A stretch of 64,000 nt of DNA from Nymphaea colorata (taxonomy: Eukaryota): the NCBI RefSeq assembly GCF_008831285.2, contig NC_045138.2, positions 15,934,001-15,998,000 of the forward strand. Reading direction: 5' to 3'. The notes under the pieces are model-generated. The model was not told the DNA's origin, searched no databases, and was given only the letters and a program-made list of their open reading frames with translations. A program made the position numbers and the translations under genes. Shown here in pieces: positions 1 through 15,983 of the stretch (positions are counted from its first letter, which is position 1; each line of letters opens with the position of its first letter).

Positions 1-804
1 TACCTATGAATCAAGCATAATAACCTTTAATGTTTTGGAAGACTTTTTTGGCAATGAACCAAGAGGAAAACTACTGAAATTTCACTCTATTCCATATTAT
101 GTCTTGTTAATGTGCCTTTAGGGGGTCATCTGGTAGCAAGAACATTCTTGTGGGTATCTCGTGAATCTTGTAAACATTGGAAAGGATTCATGAAACGTTT
201 GGTACCAGATCCATTGCCCATTTCTAAGCACAACCAAAGATGCTAGGCGAGATGCACGTTACCTGATCTTATGATGGACAAAGGGAAGGAACTTATTGTT
301 GGATGATTTATACAAGCAAACACCAAACACCAAGGAAAAAATGTTTGTGCTCAAAATAAACAACACAATCGTCGAATCGTTCAACATGTTTAATGACTTC
401 AATTCAAATGGATTGAGGTCCCTGAAAATCTTAGGATTTTTGTGTCGAACTGATGAGACCATTTGTCAACGTAAAACGGGACAAATTATCTGCCCCGACT
501 GACATTACCTGAATAATTGCTGCAAATGAACGGGACCTCAGCAGAAAACTGCCATTTTGACCGCTGACCTTTTCTTTTCCTTCTCCGGCAACCAGCAGAA
601 GAGCAAAAACTGGGGACCCGGATCTGCTTTTTCTTCTTCTTGACCCTTGTTTTTGAAAAGGAAGCTTTGAGGCCATAAGGCCGGCTGGGCCTCTCGGAAT
701 CAGCAAGAGACAGATACACAAAAAGTTGGGTTCCGTGGTCTCCATAAGCGAACCCTTTCCTCCCCACTTCTCCCGCAGCAAAACATCGAAAGAGTCCGAC
801 GGTC

Positions 805-4582
<3,778 letters not shown>

Positions 4583-6620
4583 TCATTATTTTCTAGATAT
4601 GCTGCTCCTGGAAATGAAATATGACATTTTGCAATTATGTTCTCATGAATCAAAATTTTATCTGCCGAGTTGTGGCCTTATAGATGCATACCTTAAATAT
4701 TTTTATAGTTGAAAAATAACATAGCAAGGAACTTGAAATAACTCTATTCTATCGCATGCCCTTGCTTTGTTAAGCACTTAACTCTTAACGTTAAGAGCTT
4801 GTTGCATGATATTTGGCCGGTGAATTTTTCTGTTCCCACGAAAATTTGTGGTGTTGGATTTTGGTAGATGCATTATCCTTCATGTGGAATTTAGTGCATA
4901 AAGGATACAACAAAGCCATTCTCGCTTTCCTTTTTCTTGGTTAACAGTTATTGTTGAAGCTGTCTTTGATAGCACGTCTCTATTAAAGCTTGGGTGATGA
5001 AGTTCGAGTTACTCAATGGTGTGCTTGAATACTTCGAAGTAATTAGTCTCTTGGTGTCCCACTGACTTGATGTACAGATACTCTATCCTTGAATTCCCTT
5101 TGGATTCGCTGTTCATGGCCATGAAGAGTCATCCACGTCTCATGTGTAGACAACACATCGGCGGAGAGAGAAAGAGAGAGTTTGGGTTTGCCTGTATTGG
5201 GGCCCCTGTTGGAAATTATTGCTTTGACACCTCTTGATGTCGATCTCATGCCGGCCCGGACGTGGGAAAAGGACTTGGCCATAATTGCGTGAACCCTTTT
5301 AGCTAAAGATTATTAGATGACGTGCCCCTATTTGATCAATCCTTTTATCCTTCTCAGGTAGTGGTATCTGTTAGGAGTCTGCCTACTCTAGTTTATCAAT
5401 GAACTTGTAGAAGATTTTGTTTGCCCTCGTAAGCACTGTGGAGAGAATGTTTACTGGGTTTTGTTTAACTCAGAACTGAATCATCTACAGTGAAAACATG
5501 GAAGAATCCTCATTTACCAGATTCGATCCTTTTGCTCTCTATTGTATCTCGACGTATTTCATAAAACTCGGTCTTTCATTTTGGTAGTGTCTAATCTCAG
5601 TTGGCATTTAGCTTCGTGAATCTTTTGGAAAGAATAAAATTTTAACTTATTATAACGTCTGTTTTACCCTTTCTCAGTAGTTGAATGAGATCGAAACTTT
5701 TACTAAGCTTGTCAGAACGCCTAAAACCAGAAATCTGATGTCTGCATGTCTGTAAGTCTAACCATACCACTTCCAAATGGAAGGAACATGTTACTTTATC
5801 AGGTGCACGGAAAACAGCAAAACCACACCAACTTCTTATTTTTTTTCCTATGCTAGCACAAGCAAATTGCATTAAAAATAAGACAATTCTCCCAAAAAGA
5901 TCTAACCACTGTACAAAGAATGTATAAATATTTAAAACGGCTAACTGTCACTGTTCTTTCCGGTTCTTGTTTTTTTTTTCAAATGAGGAAGCTTCCAAAG
6001 AACCAGACCGCTTATTGGCTGCTTCTTGAAAGGTAAACTGCAGGTGAGCTCCAACTTCTATGCTTTCTCAGAGCAATAACATGGGAAGCTCAGAGGCGCT
6101 TCACAGCAGTGCAGAGATTTGACTCACGGTCTTCAAATTAACACCATTCACGGATGCCATCTTCCCATTGTTCACGTCAAACTGCAAGAAATTCTAACAA
6201 AAATGCAATCGATCATTTAACTCGGACAAAGTCAACATGCTGCGCCACTTTCTTTGGCGCAGAAGAATGGAAACGCAGCCTACTATTCTACCTTTTTCTC
6301 TGTTCTTCCATCGCATGGATCAAAATGTAGAGCCACATTCTAAGTCACCCAGTGAAAAAATCGGCCCAAGAGTGAGGAACAGGACTAACTTGATCATTGA
6401 ACGAACACTCTTATGAGGATGAAAAGAATACCAATTCTTTCACGAAATCATCACACGAATAAATTTTATTTTCTTTTCTGTCAAATTTGTGACAACCATT
6501 ATCTGCACTCCCATCAAACTGTGCATCCCAAAGAGATTAACAAACAAACCTTCAATGTTTTGTAGCACGAGGCATCACGGCGAAAAACTGAAAGAACACC
6601 AATGATGATAACGAATTCCT

Positions 6621-8123
6621 CTAGTTTGGAGGTTTATAATAAGCGTATACTGTGTAGAAAGTCTGTGCAAAAGTGAGAAGAAGCAGGACAACTGCAGCCA
6701 GGAGGGAAAGGATTGCCCAAGGATTGCTGAAGTAGTTGTGCTTCAGGGTAGCTCTCCATGTATTCCATCTGTGGTTATAGTAGTCATTCATCTGTTCAGA
6801 CAGTGTAGAAAGATAGCTCTCGTTGATATCAAACACGACTTCCTCACACAGCTTATTAAACAAATCTGCAACTTCGTCGTCGCTCCCCAACCAGTGCTCC
6901 ATAATTCCCCTGTAATGGAGGTAGCTCACGTCATCGGATGAGTTGATGAGGTTATCCAGGAAGACGACATAGGAAGTGATGTCGTTGCTGCAATCAAGAT
7001 GGCACTGCTCAAATGCAATCAGGTTGAGGAAGAGTGACTTTGTCCCATCATGGATCAGCAGCCTTGGCATCCGCAGAAATCCATTTTCGAACCTGATATC
7101 CCAGAACCTGTCTGTCCTCCTCTTTCTGATCTTGATCCCTGCCTCTCTTAGCTCAGTGATGCAATGCACCAGCTGCTGCCGTCGCTTGTCTGCAGCGTGG
7201 ACCGTTCGAGATCGCCGCCGGCGCCAGACCTTCGGCACCTTAACAGGCTCGGAGGGGCCGCTTCTGAGAAGGCTCCTGCGGAAGACGTCCAGGCAATGGA
7301 GTCCTCCTTCTGTTAGAGGATCAAAGACGTCTGCTGCTTGGAATCTATTGCAGACTAGGGGCTCATCATTGGGCATAAGGGGATCAAAGAATTGGAGTAC
7401 AAGCTTAGCTACCATGGATCCTTTGTTCGAATCACCTTCTTGCAGGGCATAGAGCCTTTCAAGGACAAACAAGGGTAGCTGGTTTTCCATCATGATCATG
7501 TCTCTCTGTATGGAATACATGCTGCCTCTCATGGCGAATACAGGATCGAATCGGGAGTAGCCCAAGTTTGTGAATCCCTCGACTGCACCGCGGAAAAGCT
7601 CCAGGATGAAACAGCCATCAAGCATCATCATTTCGCAAAACTCATCGCTTCCGAGGCTGATGATTCCTTCATAGCACTCTCTAGCCCTCTTTTCCAAGTC
7701 CTTCATGGCGTGGAAGTATTGCCGGACGTCTTGCTTGGTGCGCTCAAGTATGCGCCGGAGGGCCCGCCACTTGTGATGCTCCATATCCCGGAAGGTCTTC
7801 TTCCTGTCATGGTGGTAAGGGCCAAGAGACACGATCTGAGGGACGTAGGTCTTGTTGTCGTCGCTGTCGCGGAGGCACTTGGGTATTCTGTAAATACAGA
7901 GCTTTCCCCATGAAGCAGAGCTGTCCTCCTCGAGAGACTGCTGCAACTTCTCCCTGATGGTGATCACCCACTCTGGATCTGGTTCCGAAATCACAGTCTC
8001 TGGTTGCTCCTCGTCCACCGGTTCCTCCTCGAGTCCATTGGCGACATTCTGTTGAACCGTCTCCCGGAGCTTCAACGTTATCAGATACCAACTGAGAAGT
8101 TCTTTGTTGAAAACTGCCACCAT
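6621..8123 (-). CDS. DUF247 / UPF0481 family protein (500 aa, intronless)
   Basis: ATG at 8123 gives MVAVFNKELLSWYLITL. DUF247 hallmarks are present: CIYRIP, YxPQIVSLGPYHH, ARECY, MMMLDGCFILE, RDMIMMENQLPLFVL, LNLIAFEQCH, ITSYVVFLDNLI, YFSNPW and a C-terminal TM helix. The ORF-track start at 8168 is a GTG. Confidence 0.95.
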   Translation of the reverse strand: MVAVFNKELLSWYLITLKLRETVQQNVANGLEEEPVDEEQPETVISEPDPEWVITIREKLQQSLEEDSSASWGKLCIYRIPKCLRDSDDNKTYVPQIVSLGPYHHDRKKTFRDMEHHKWRALRRILERTKQDVRQYFHAMKDLEKRARECYEGIISLGSDEFCEMMMLDGCFILELFRGAVEGFTNLGYSRFDPVFAMRGSMYSIQRDMIMMENQLPLFVLERLYALQEGDSNKGSMVAKLVLQFFDPLMPNDEPLVCNRFQAADVFDPLTEGGLHCLDVFRRSLLRSGPSEPVKVPKVWRRRRSRTVHAADKRRQQLVHCITELREAGIKIRKRRTDRFWDIRFENGFLRMPRLLIHDGTKSLFLNLIAFEQCHLDCSNDITSYVVFLDNLINSSDDVSYLHYRGIMEHWLGSDDEVADLFNKLCEEVVFDINESYLSTLSEQMNDYYNHRWNTWRATLKHNYFSNPWAILSLLAAVVLLLLTFAQTFYTVYAYYKPPN

Positions 8124-10683
8124 CTTCTTCCTTCCTTCCCTTTCCTTCTTTTTCCTCGCCTTAGACACGCACCAACCAACCGCAGAGCAGGCCGCTTCCT
8201 TCTCTGGGTCTTTTCTCTTCTTTCCTGTTAAGACTGTCTTGGTCCTAAGAAAATGAAATCAATTGAAAGCCAATTCCTCTATTATTGCAACTATTCTTTT
8301 CCTGCCTTTCTGACCGTCTGATGGTGGCATTGATTTGGATCTGCGGTTGGCTGTAGAAGTGCAGTCTTCGTCAGCAGACCTTTACCTGCAACTCCTAATC
8401 AGATATTGGTGGCAATGGATTCTGGAAAACCAATATAAAAATGGCTCCACCTTAGCTACCTTCTAGAATTAATCGCTTCACAAACATGGCTAATCATGTG
8501 TAGATATTTTAGAACCAAGACGATCGATCCCCTTGTTACACGGTATTTTGAATCGTGCCTGTTAAAAATTTAAGATACACCAGCTCTTCTTCTTGCTGAT
8601 ATTGAATGCTTTCTTCGTTGAATTCAAACAAAATTATATAAAGGAACCAACCGCCGTGTTCTCACATTTTTTTTAATCTGCAAGCCAGGAGACGCCATTA
8701 AGCATTCGACCCTTCGCCTCCTTTAGGTCGTAGATCCTAATCTTAAGCAACCCCCTTCGCCGTAAGAACTGCTTACCATTAATGGAGGCATGGAGGAAGA
8801 GAGAATCTCAATTTCAGGGAATCGTCCCATAGATTTTTTCTCCTTCTTTAATCTGCAACAAACTGGCACGACTAGGTGTTTCCGTCTCTGTTCTTCTACA
8901 AAATCTGTGATGGATATTGCCTCGGTGGCGAGCAAATGATGTAATTAAAAACGAAACCTTATGAAGATGGGTATTAATAGAACCACTAAATGAGAAAAAA
9001 TCAGCAAAACCTTGTTTGCTAAATCTCAAGATTGATGTGAATTTATTGTAAATTTATTTCATAATAATGAAGTTTTAGTTTGATAAACATGAGTATTTCA
9101 TCCTACCACCCAAAGAGAAGAACGACCTCTCATCCCATAAGACACTCCTATTATGCATCAACTTACACGTTTCAGTATTTGTCTTTTGCAGTACAGGAAA
9201 TTGATATTTCCATATTCAAAATGAAAATTGGCTGTCTATCAACCCCACTTCACCTGTTGTGCCAACCCAACCCATTGGAGATAGTGATGAGGTTTTGGGC
9301 ATATAAAAAAAAATGTATAGATCCAATGAATGGATAAGCGGAGGAACTTCAATATTCGATCTGCTTCACCCTCCTCTCCCCTTCCTTTATTTTTTTTAAT
9401 TCGTTTGATTTTTACTATTTATTTGTATACATGATATAAATCAATAAATCTTTTTCTACTTAAATCATACAAACAGATAACATCATCGATTTTATCTTTA
9501 AAAATGATGTCAATCTCTATAAATATGTATTTCAGAAATCAAATAAGAAAGAAAAGGCATGCCATTTTTGTTCTTATGATTGCAGACCTTTTTTGGACCG
9601 AATCAGGCGTATTAGCAGCCAAACAATTCGATTAGGGGCCAGTATAAGGGTTTTTGTCAGTTTTCAAAGATATTTTTAAAGGGTTTTCTTGTATTTAATT
9701 AATTATTAATATTTTTCATAAAATTAACTTTTTAATGTTCTTTACTAATCCAAATTGTTCGAATCGGCCCGATTTGCAACATTGGTATATTCCACGTTTC
9801 TCCATCTCTCCCACTTCATGTCATCTTCATTAATTTTTCTTAGAAAAAAAATGCACCTAACTTTTTAGTGATACAACGTCCATTTGACTTGACTTTTAGA
9901 TGAAAGCCGCTAAACATAATAAAATATTCAAACACGAACTTGCTTTTGCTTTGACAAATCTTCACATTCAATTGGAAAACTTCATGAATTTGCAGCACCA
10001 ACCTTTCAGCAGCAATATTAGAAAGAGAAGATGCGAAATGCCAAGCGTGCACTCCATTGATTAAGTGTCTTATTGTTGTCATCCATCTCGCCGTTGCTTT
10101 CGGTTGAATGAGCGGCGCTCTGCTACGCTACACATTCCTGCCAATTTTGACCGTTTCTCAAGTCTGGGGAAATAAGAAACTTGAAGGAACCTCTGTTTTG
10201 TTCTTTATGTTCTAACGCTAATATGAAGCTTGGCCCGCCATTGGCGGATTTGAATTGAATCGGTGATAAATTGATTTGAAAGTAAGGATGTCAGTGTATC
10301 CGATTTGGATCGGATATCCGGTATGAGCATGGAGACAATGCACCTTCGATTCGATATTGTGTCTCACCCTATAAGCCCAATGGAATAACACTTGTGAGAG
10401 TTGAAATCGAACTAACAACCTACAGTTTGCAAGTCTGTGAACCTGACCAGCTATGTTATGCCTCTCAAGGGTGACGGGATGAATACATGGATGCCAAACA
10501 TTTGCAGCTTATAAAATGGGAGCACCTCTATGACAAGGAGGAATAAAATCTGAGAAACATTAGTAGCATTTCATGATTGAACTCACGAAGGCGGCAAAAG
10601 CGAGCAACTCATCCTGGGCCAATGTGATTCAAAGCAAGTACCTGATGTAGGAGAGGGGATGGCTGATCAACAACACCTGAACT

Positions 10684-10877
10684 CATGGGCAGAGCCAGAA
10701 TTTTTCATAAGAGGGGCTGAATTAAAGTTTTTAAATTTCGATTAAGGCAGAAATATCATTTTTCAAAATTTGTATATAGAACACGTGAAATTTTTTAAAA
10801 TTTACATGTAAATTTAAAAAAAAAAAAACTGAGGTGGGGCCAAGGCCCATGTGGGCCCTACCTTAGCTCTACCCTGC
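10684..10877. mobile_element. hAT-type MITE with 8-bp TSD
   Basis: Imperfect TIRs CATGGGCAGAGC...GCTCTACCCTG around an AT-rich core. Flanked by the direct repeat CCTGAACT at 10676-10683 and 10878-10885. Confidence 0.8.
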
Positions 10878-11710
10878 CCTGAACTAAACTAGGGAGAATT
10901 GAAAGAGACGCAAACATAACAGAAAAGGGAAAGAACCACAAATAACAATTAGAGTTTTCATTAACTCAAGACAACCTAGAAATGAAGCCTAAACATCTTT
11001 ATATAGACCAAAAGTGGATCCTTGATTAGGATCCAAATAAAAAAAAAAAAACAATAAATAAAACTCAAGCCCATAACTGCTAGACCCACCCGGCCTAGAT
11101 CACTTTGGTTGTTTAAAGCAATTTTTATGGGGTTGAGAAGAGGTGGGCATCTTGTGTTGGGTGCCTACTAAGAGGTTAAGGAGCCTACCAATTCCAAGGA
11201 AATGAACTCTTATCATTTTTTCCCTTCTGCAGCTCCATTGATATCATAGATTCTGATCCTGCCTTGATGCAGTTGTCTCTCTTCCTTGTTTTTGTATACT
11301 TTCTTCTTCGCTGGCCTTCCTGGCACAAATATAAATTTTTGATCAAGTCATTATCGTCAGCATAGAAGGTTTGATACTGACGATTTAGATTTAGCTGAAC
11401 AAGTGATATGACTTGAAAGTAGTAAAATTAGAGAATTTTGGTGAAGGAAAGTGTTGCCAGATTTGAAATGGGAATCTAAAAAGCATTGAAATAGAAGAAG
11501 TTGGAAGCTTTATGAGGATCTTCAACAATACGAAACAAGCCAATGTGAGATCTTGTGTGTATCTTGTCAATTGACTATTGCAGCCGCGCAAAACCGCCTT
11601 CTGCGCGTGCCTGAGCTGTGTTTCTCTCAAGCCCTACCAGGTTTGTAAAATCATTAGGAGCATCAGGTGAGTGTTCTATGAATTTATATCAAACATTGGA
11701 GTAGGTTCAC

Positions 11711-11808
11711 GGAACATTGGTTCAAATGTTGTGTGAATCTTTTCGATCCTTTCGAAATAGGTCAATGGAACACTTGTTCAAATGTTTTGTGAATCTTTTC
11801 GATCTTTG
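11711..11808. repeat. Tandem duplication, ~57 bp x2
   Basis: GGAACA..GTTCAAATGTT(G/T)TGTGAATCTTTTCGATC occurs twice. Confidence 0.85.
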
Positions 11809-13001
11809 AGATGGATTCATCAAATGCTGTTCTTAAAGACAAGGAGAAGTATATGTATACTACCTATTGCAAAATATATGGCATATGATCAATAGAATCA
11901 AGAGAAATGTCTTAGTAACTTAGCTCATATATCTGGTTTAGTCTGAACCATATTTATTATAGAGGTACATTTTTTATACGTGACATTATTTTCTCTAAAC
12001 AAGGCACGCTTTCTCCTTCCTCGCATTCAAGGAATGCCAAAGAGGTGCTCTTAGTGTTCCATGGTTTGAACAGAATCACACTCCTCCATGACATTAACAA
12101 GCTCCAAGAACACATGGAAACGAATAGCAATATTTGAATGGAGAATTCTTCATCGCCTAGAGTTTGTTGAATAGCAATATATGTCATCCGACGTCCAGGT
12201 TTTTAGAGGGTGTTTGATGGTACATGTTATTAGAACACGAAAAATTGTCGACTAAGTTTTCTCACAGCATTGTGTTTTTGGAGTACATGTTTTTTGAGTT
12301 ATGTGTTTGAATTGAAAGCACAGCAAAATTCAGGTTAGAATCCAGGTTTCGACGGCAGATACTGTGTAACTGGATTCAAATTTATACTTGGATTCAAATC
12401 CTATTGTTTTGAACCAAATTCAGATCTGCTAAGATCCAACAATAAATTAAAGGTATGATTGCATCGTATCTTTATTGGATTGCAGTCGGGCAGCAGACTC
12501 ATATCCGGATTCAATTATTTGGAATACACTTAGTAACAGCTGGATCCGATTTTTTTTTACTGGATCCATCTAAACCGATCCAAAATTAAATAGGCAATCA
12601 GATGTATCTGATGCTTTTACATCCATGCGCTTCAAACTCGTGACCACATTTTTGTTGTTTGGATGGCATTTGTGATTTGGATTCGACTTGATTAGATCTT
12701 CTTCTGTAAGTGGGTCCAAATAAGCCGGGATTCGAACCCTTTTTTAAAACTGAATGCAGATCCAACGAGCATAAGACCTGTGGATTTTTCTTCCATATCT
12801 GGTCGATGGATCTAAGAAATTAACATGCATGCTCAAATATAATTTCCAAGAAAATATGCCTAAATTTTAAAAAATCTACCGATTCAAGCTTAGTAAGAAA
12901 GTGATTATCAAAAGCAGACTTGATCCAACTCAACTTCAGTCACCATGTTCACAACACTAATGTCACTCAAAAAGCAATTAGCCAACCAAGATGCCACCTT
13001 A

Positions 13002-13218
13002 AATGTGTGTTTGTTTTACTATGGATCTGAGATCGGCGATGATCTTAAATCCATGGATTTAAGGCCGGAACTCCCCTTAAATCCATGTTTTTTTTAACAA
13101 GTAATATTGATTTAAGATCCACGTTCCAAGATCCTCAATTTGTTTAAACTGAAGATCTTCTAAAGCACATCTTTCAGTGTAGTCTTCGATCTAAGATCCG
13201 AGGTTATCAAATGCAACC
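13002..13218. mobile_element. Tourist/PIF-Harbinger-like MITE
   Basis: Ends (A)TGTGTGTTTGTTTTACTATGGATCTGAGAT and ATCTAAGATCCGAGGTTATCAAATGCAACC are degenerate inverted repeats, in TTA/TAA context. Confidence 0.55.
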
Positions 13219-13329
13219 TAATTGATTTATGTGCATTGGGACTTCCCTTCTATGTCATCTTCAATGCTAGCAACAAAACCATGCAAAGCTAGATTGGAGA
13301 AGCCTTTATATACTAGACATAAAAATGTC

Positions 13330-14011
13330 GGGGGTGTTTGTTAAACTCCCAGACTTGAAATAGGAAACGATGATACATTAATGACAATCTCAAATCTGGG
13401 AATTGATGTCAGACCTCCACCCATCAATCCTTAAATATAAGGTTTTGGCCATATGTAGGGCTGCACAAGAGCCGAATCGAGCCCGAGCTTGGCCAGCTCG
13501 AGCTCAACTCGGCTCAAAAAACTCAAGCTCGAACTCGACTCATGTGATCATTTAACTCGTTTAACTCATATGACCATTTAACTTGTTTAACTCATATAAG
13601 CCTTAGCTCATGTAACTTGTGTAACTTGTTATAATTTGTTTTTACCTTAAAAGTTAAAACCAATGAATTGGTTTTGGCAATATTATATAGAGTACCGGTT
13701 TAAGAGTCGAATCGAGTATAAACGAGTTGAGTTCTTGAAACTCAACTTGAGTCGCATTCCATTTTGAGTATCTTTGTAAGCTCGAACTCGACTCGTTTAT
13801 AAATGAGTCAAGAATGAGTTAAGTTTTTTCAAGCGAGTTCAAGTCAAGCCCGAGTTCGTTTGGCTCATTGTGCAGCCCTAGCCACATACTGAGGGTCGTC
13901 TTCACTTTTGCATAAATTTGGAATCTGGTGTTTGTTTATTCTATTGTGCTCTATATAAAAGAGATTTTAGATCAGCCTTGGATTTGAGATCCGAAGCTAT
14001 CGTACACATTC
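13330..14011. mobile_element. Tourist-like MITE (same family as 13002-13218) interrupted by a hAT MITE
   Basis: Left end GGGGGTGTTTGTTAAACTCCCAGACTTGAAAT; right end GATTTGAGATCCGAAGCTATCGTACACATTC resembles the right end of the neighbouring element. Confidence 0.5.
13456..13880. mobile_element. hAT-family MITE
   Basis: Perfect 13-bp TIRs TAGGGCTGCACAA / TTGTGCAGCCCTA. Many subterminal (G)AGCTCG/ACTCG repeats. Flanks GCCATATG / GCCACATA form a partly decayed 8-bp TSD. Confidence 0.88.
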
Positions 14012-14315
14012 TGAAAGTAATATATATGTGTGTGTGTGTAATAGTTGACTGATGCTACCAGACCGTGGGCGACTGAACCCGGGCTCAGCCAGCCTTGACT
14101 TTTGGTAAAAGATGGATTCTGTTAGGGTTTTATATGCATATTAAATGCATATGAATTGAAGTGATATAGGTCCAGACATTTAAGTTCACTTTTAAATAGG
14201 TCTACCCAAACAGATAGCATAAAATGTACGGTCATCTATATATGTAAGCCCCCCAAATAGATTTCTATCGTAATGATAGAAGAACTATCATCGATAAGAA
14301 CCTGAATCCTTTCGA

Positions 14316-14619
14316 TAGGGATGTCCATATATCTGATTTCAGATCACATATTTGATAGAACCGATTCGAAAAAATCGGACATGATAAAAAAAATAGTATC
14401 CAATTAAGAAATCAGTTTGGATTTGGATTTATTTTTAAACAAATATCATATATCTAATGCTCTAACATTTTGAAAATTCACAAAATTCGGTTCAAAATTC
14501 GGATCGGGTTTGGATTGTGAAATCAGATTTTGGATTTGAATTCAAATATGTGAATATCAAAAAAAAAAAGATACAATTAAAAGTATATCTGATTCGAATC
14601 CGATCCTTTGACATCTCTA
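14316..14619. mobile_element. Ac/Ds-like hAT MITE
   Basis: TIRs TAGGGATGTC / GACATCTCTA with internal TCGGAT/ATCCGA-type subterminal repeats. No clear TSD. Confidence 0.72.
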
Positions 14620-14644
14620 CTCTCAAGTGCAGCAATAAGACTTA

Positions 14645-14814
14645 TAAGTGTCTGTTTGGCAACGAGAATAGTTTATAACTATTCAGTGAATATCCCTCCA
14701 CAGATTGAGGCAATTCATGTGACACCTTAAGAAACATTTCATTAATCTACCTCAATTTTTAGGGCCGACCCATAGAACGATTACAAGCTATTTCATTTGA
14801 CAAATGGGTCATAA
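14645..14814. mobile_element. Degenerate Tourist-like MITE
   Basis: Ends TAAGTGTCTGTTTGGCAACGAGAATAG ... CTATTTCATTTGACAAATGGGTCATAA are imperfect inverted repeats. Confidence 0.45.
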
Positions 14815-14944
14815 GAATATGCTTTATTAAACTTAGGTTCTTTGTATACATCATCTTCTTTCCAGTTCGTGAGTTTCTTAAGCAACCAGCATGGACAACC
14901 ATTCTTTGCTTTTAGTTACGGGCCATGCATCTCCTTCACAAGCA

Positions 14945-15013
14945 AGGGAGAGGAGGAGATCACAATGGAAAGCAGTCTTCTGATAACTGGATCTTTCCTA
15001 CTCCTCCCCACAG
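14945..15013. ncRNA. miR482-related element (target site on the - strand, or degenerate precursor hairpin on the + strand)
   Basis: 14992-15008 TCTTTCCTACTCCTCCC equals nt 1-17 of the miR482 variant UCUUUCCUACUCCUCCCAUUCC (recalled from memory). Upstream GGAGGAG...GGAAAGCAGT can fold back onto it imperfectly. Confidence 0.4.
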
Positions 15014-15947
15014 TCCACATGAATCATACTTTTTGATCTCCTAATCAGTTTGAGGACAGCAACTTGAGAACTCAAACAGCAGCCATGTGCCTGTTTCTTC
15101 ATCATTTGATCCAAAAAAGTTCTTCACAACCACAATCAAAGGGGGACCCAGGATTCCCAAAAGCAGAAGCTCTTATTTTTCTCCTGCAACTTTACATTGT
15201 ATCAGGGGAGGAAAGAAACAGAAAAGGTGGGGAACAAGTTGAACAAAGGCAGCCTGCCCCATAATTGGCTTTCAAGTTCAGAAGCAAGGAAAGATGGAGG
15301 AGGAAGAAATTGGTTTCTTTTTTACTCAGCACATGCACTTGAATCAATGGCTTTATGTTCATGTTAATGTTTATGTTCAGTGGTTGTGGAGCTTCCTTCT
15401 CTGTACTTAAAAGAGCAGCTAACCTTTTCTTTGATGGCTTTAAACTAAGCTCCCACATGATCTTTAGCCCCAGTCCTCCTTTAATGTGCTTCCCATGATT
15501 CCCTTCTTCATAAAGAAAGTCACATACTTTTTACTTTAGTTGGTTTCTAAGGTCCCTTCCATTATCATGAACATCAGAACTGCAGAAATGTTTATTGAAG
15601 TGTTTCAGTGTATATATTAAAATAGTTTGTACTTACAAATTATTTGAAAAGAAGCTATCATCATTATTTTATCAAATACAGGGTTGATTCAGGCCATCAT
15701 CTGGCTGATTTTAATGGAATTCCTGTTAGGCCTTGCCAATTGAGTATGCATCAACAATAATAACTCTGGTTGTCAGTATAAAGTTTTATTAATCAATCTT
15801 CTATTGGTCTTATCATATTAGTATAGATCTGCCAAGGTCTTTTTTCGGGTGAGCAGGAGGTTTACAATCCACAGCGCCGGTGAGCGAAAGCCTAATTCCC
15901 TTAATGGGCGCAATGTAACACTTGGTAATGAGTCATACGGCCACACC

Positions 15948-15983
<36 letters not shown>

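Noticed and set aside
633..655. TTCTTGACCCTTG resembling tasiR-ARF (TAS3)
   Set aside because: The match is short and imperfect, and there are no flanking miR390 sites.
6738..8231. Antisense and alternative-frame ORFs over DUF247
   Set aside because: Shadows of a long GC-balanced CDS, with no recognisable motifs.
8700..8945. Coding-like fragment (KIYGTIP/EIEIL) upstream of DUF247
   Set aside because: Frameshifted and short, with no convincing family assignment.
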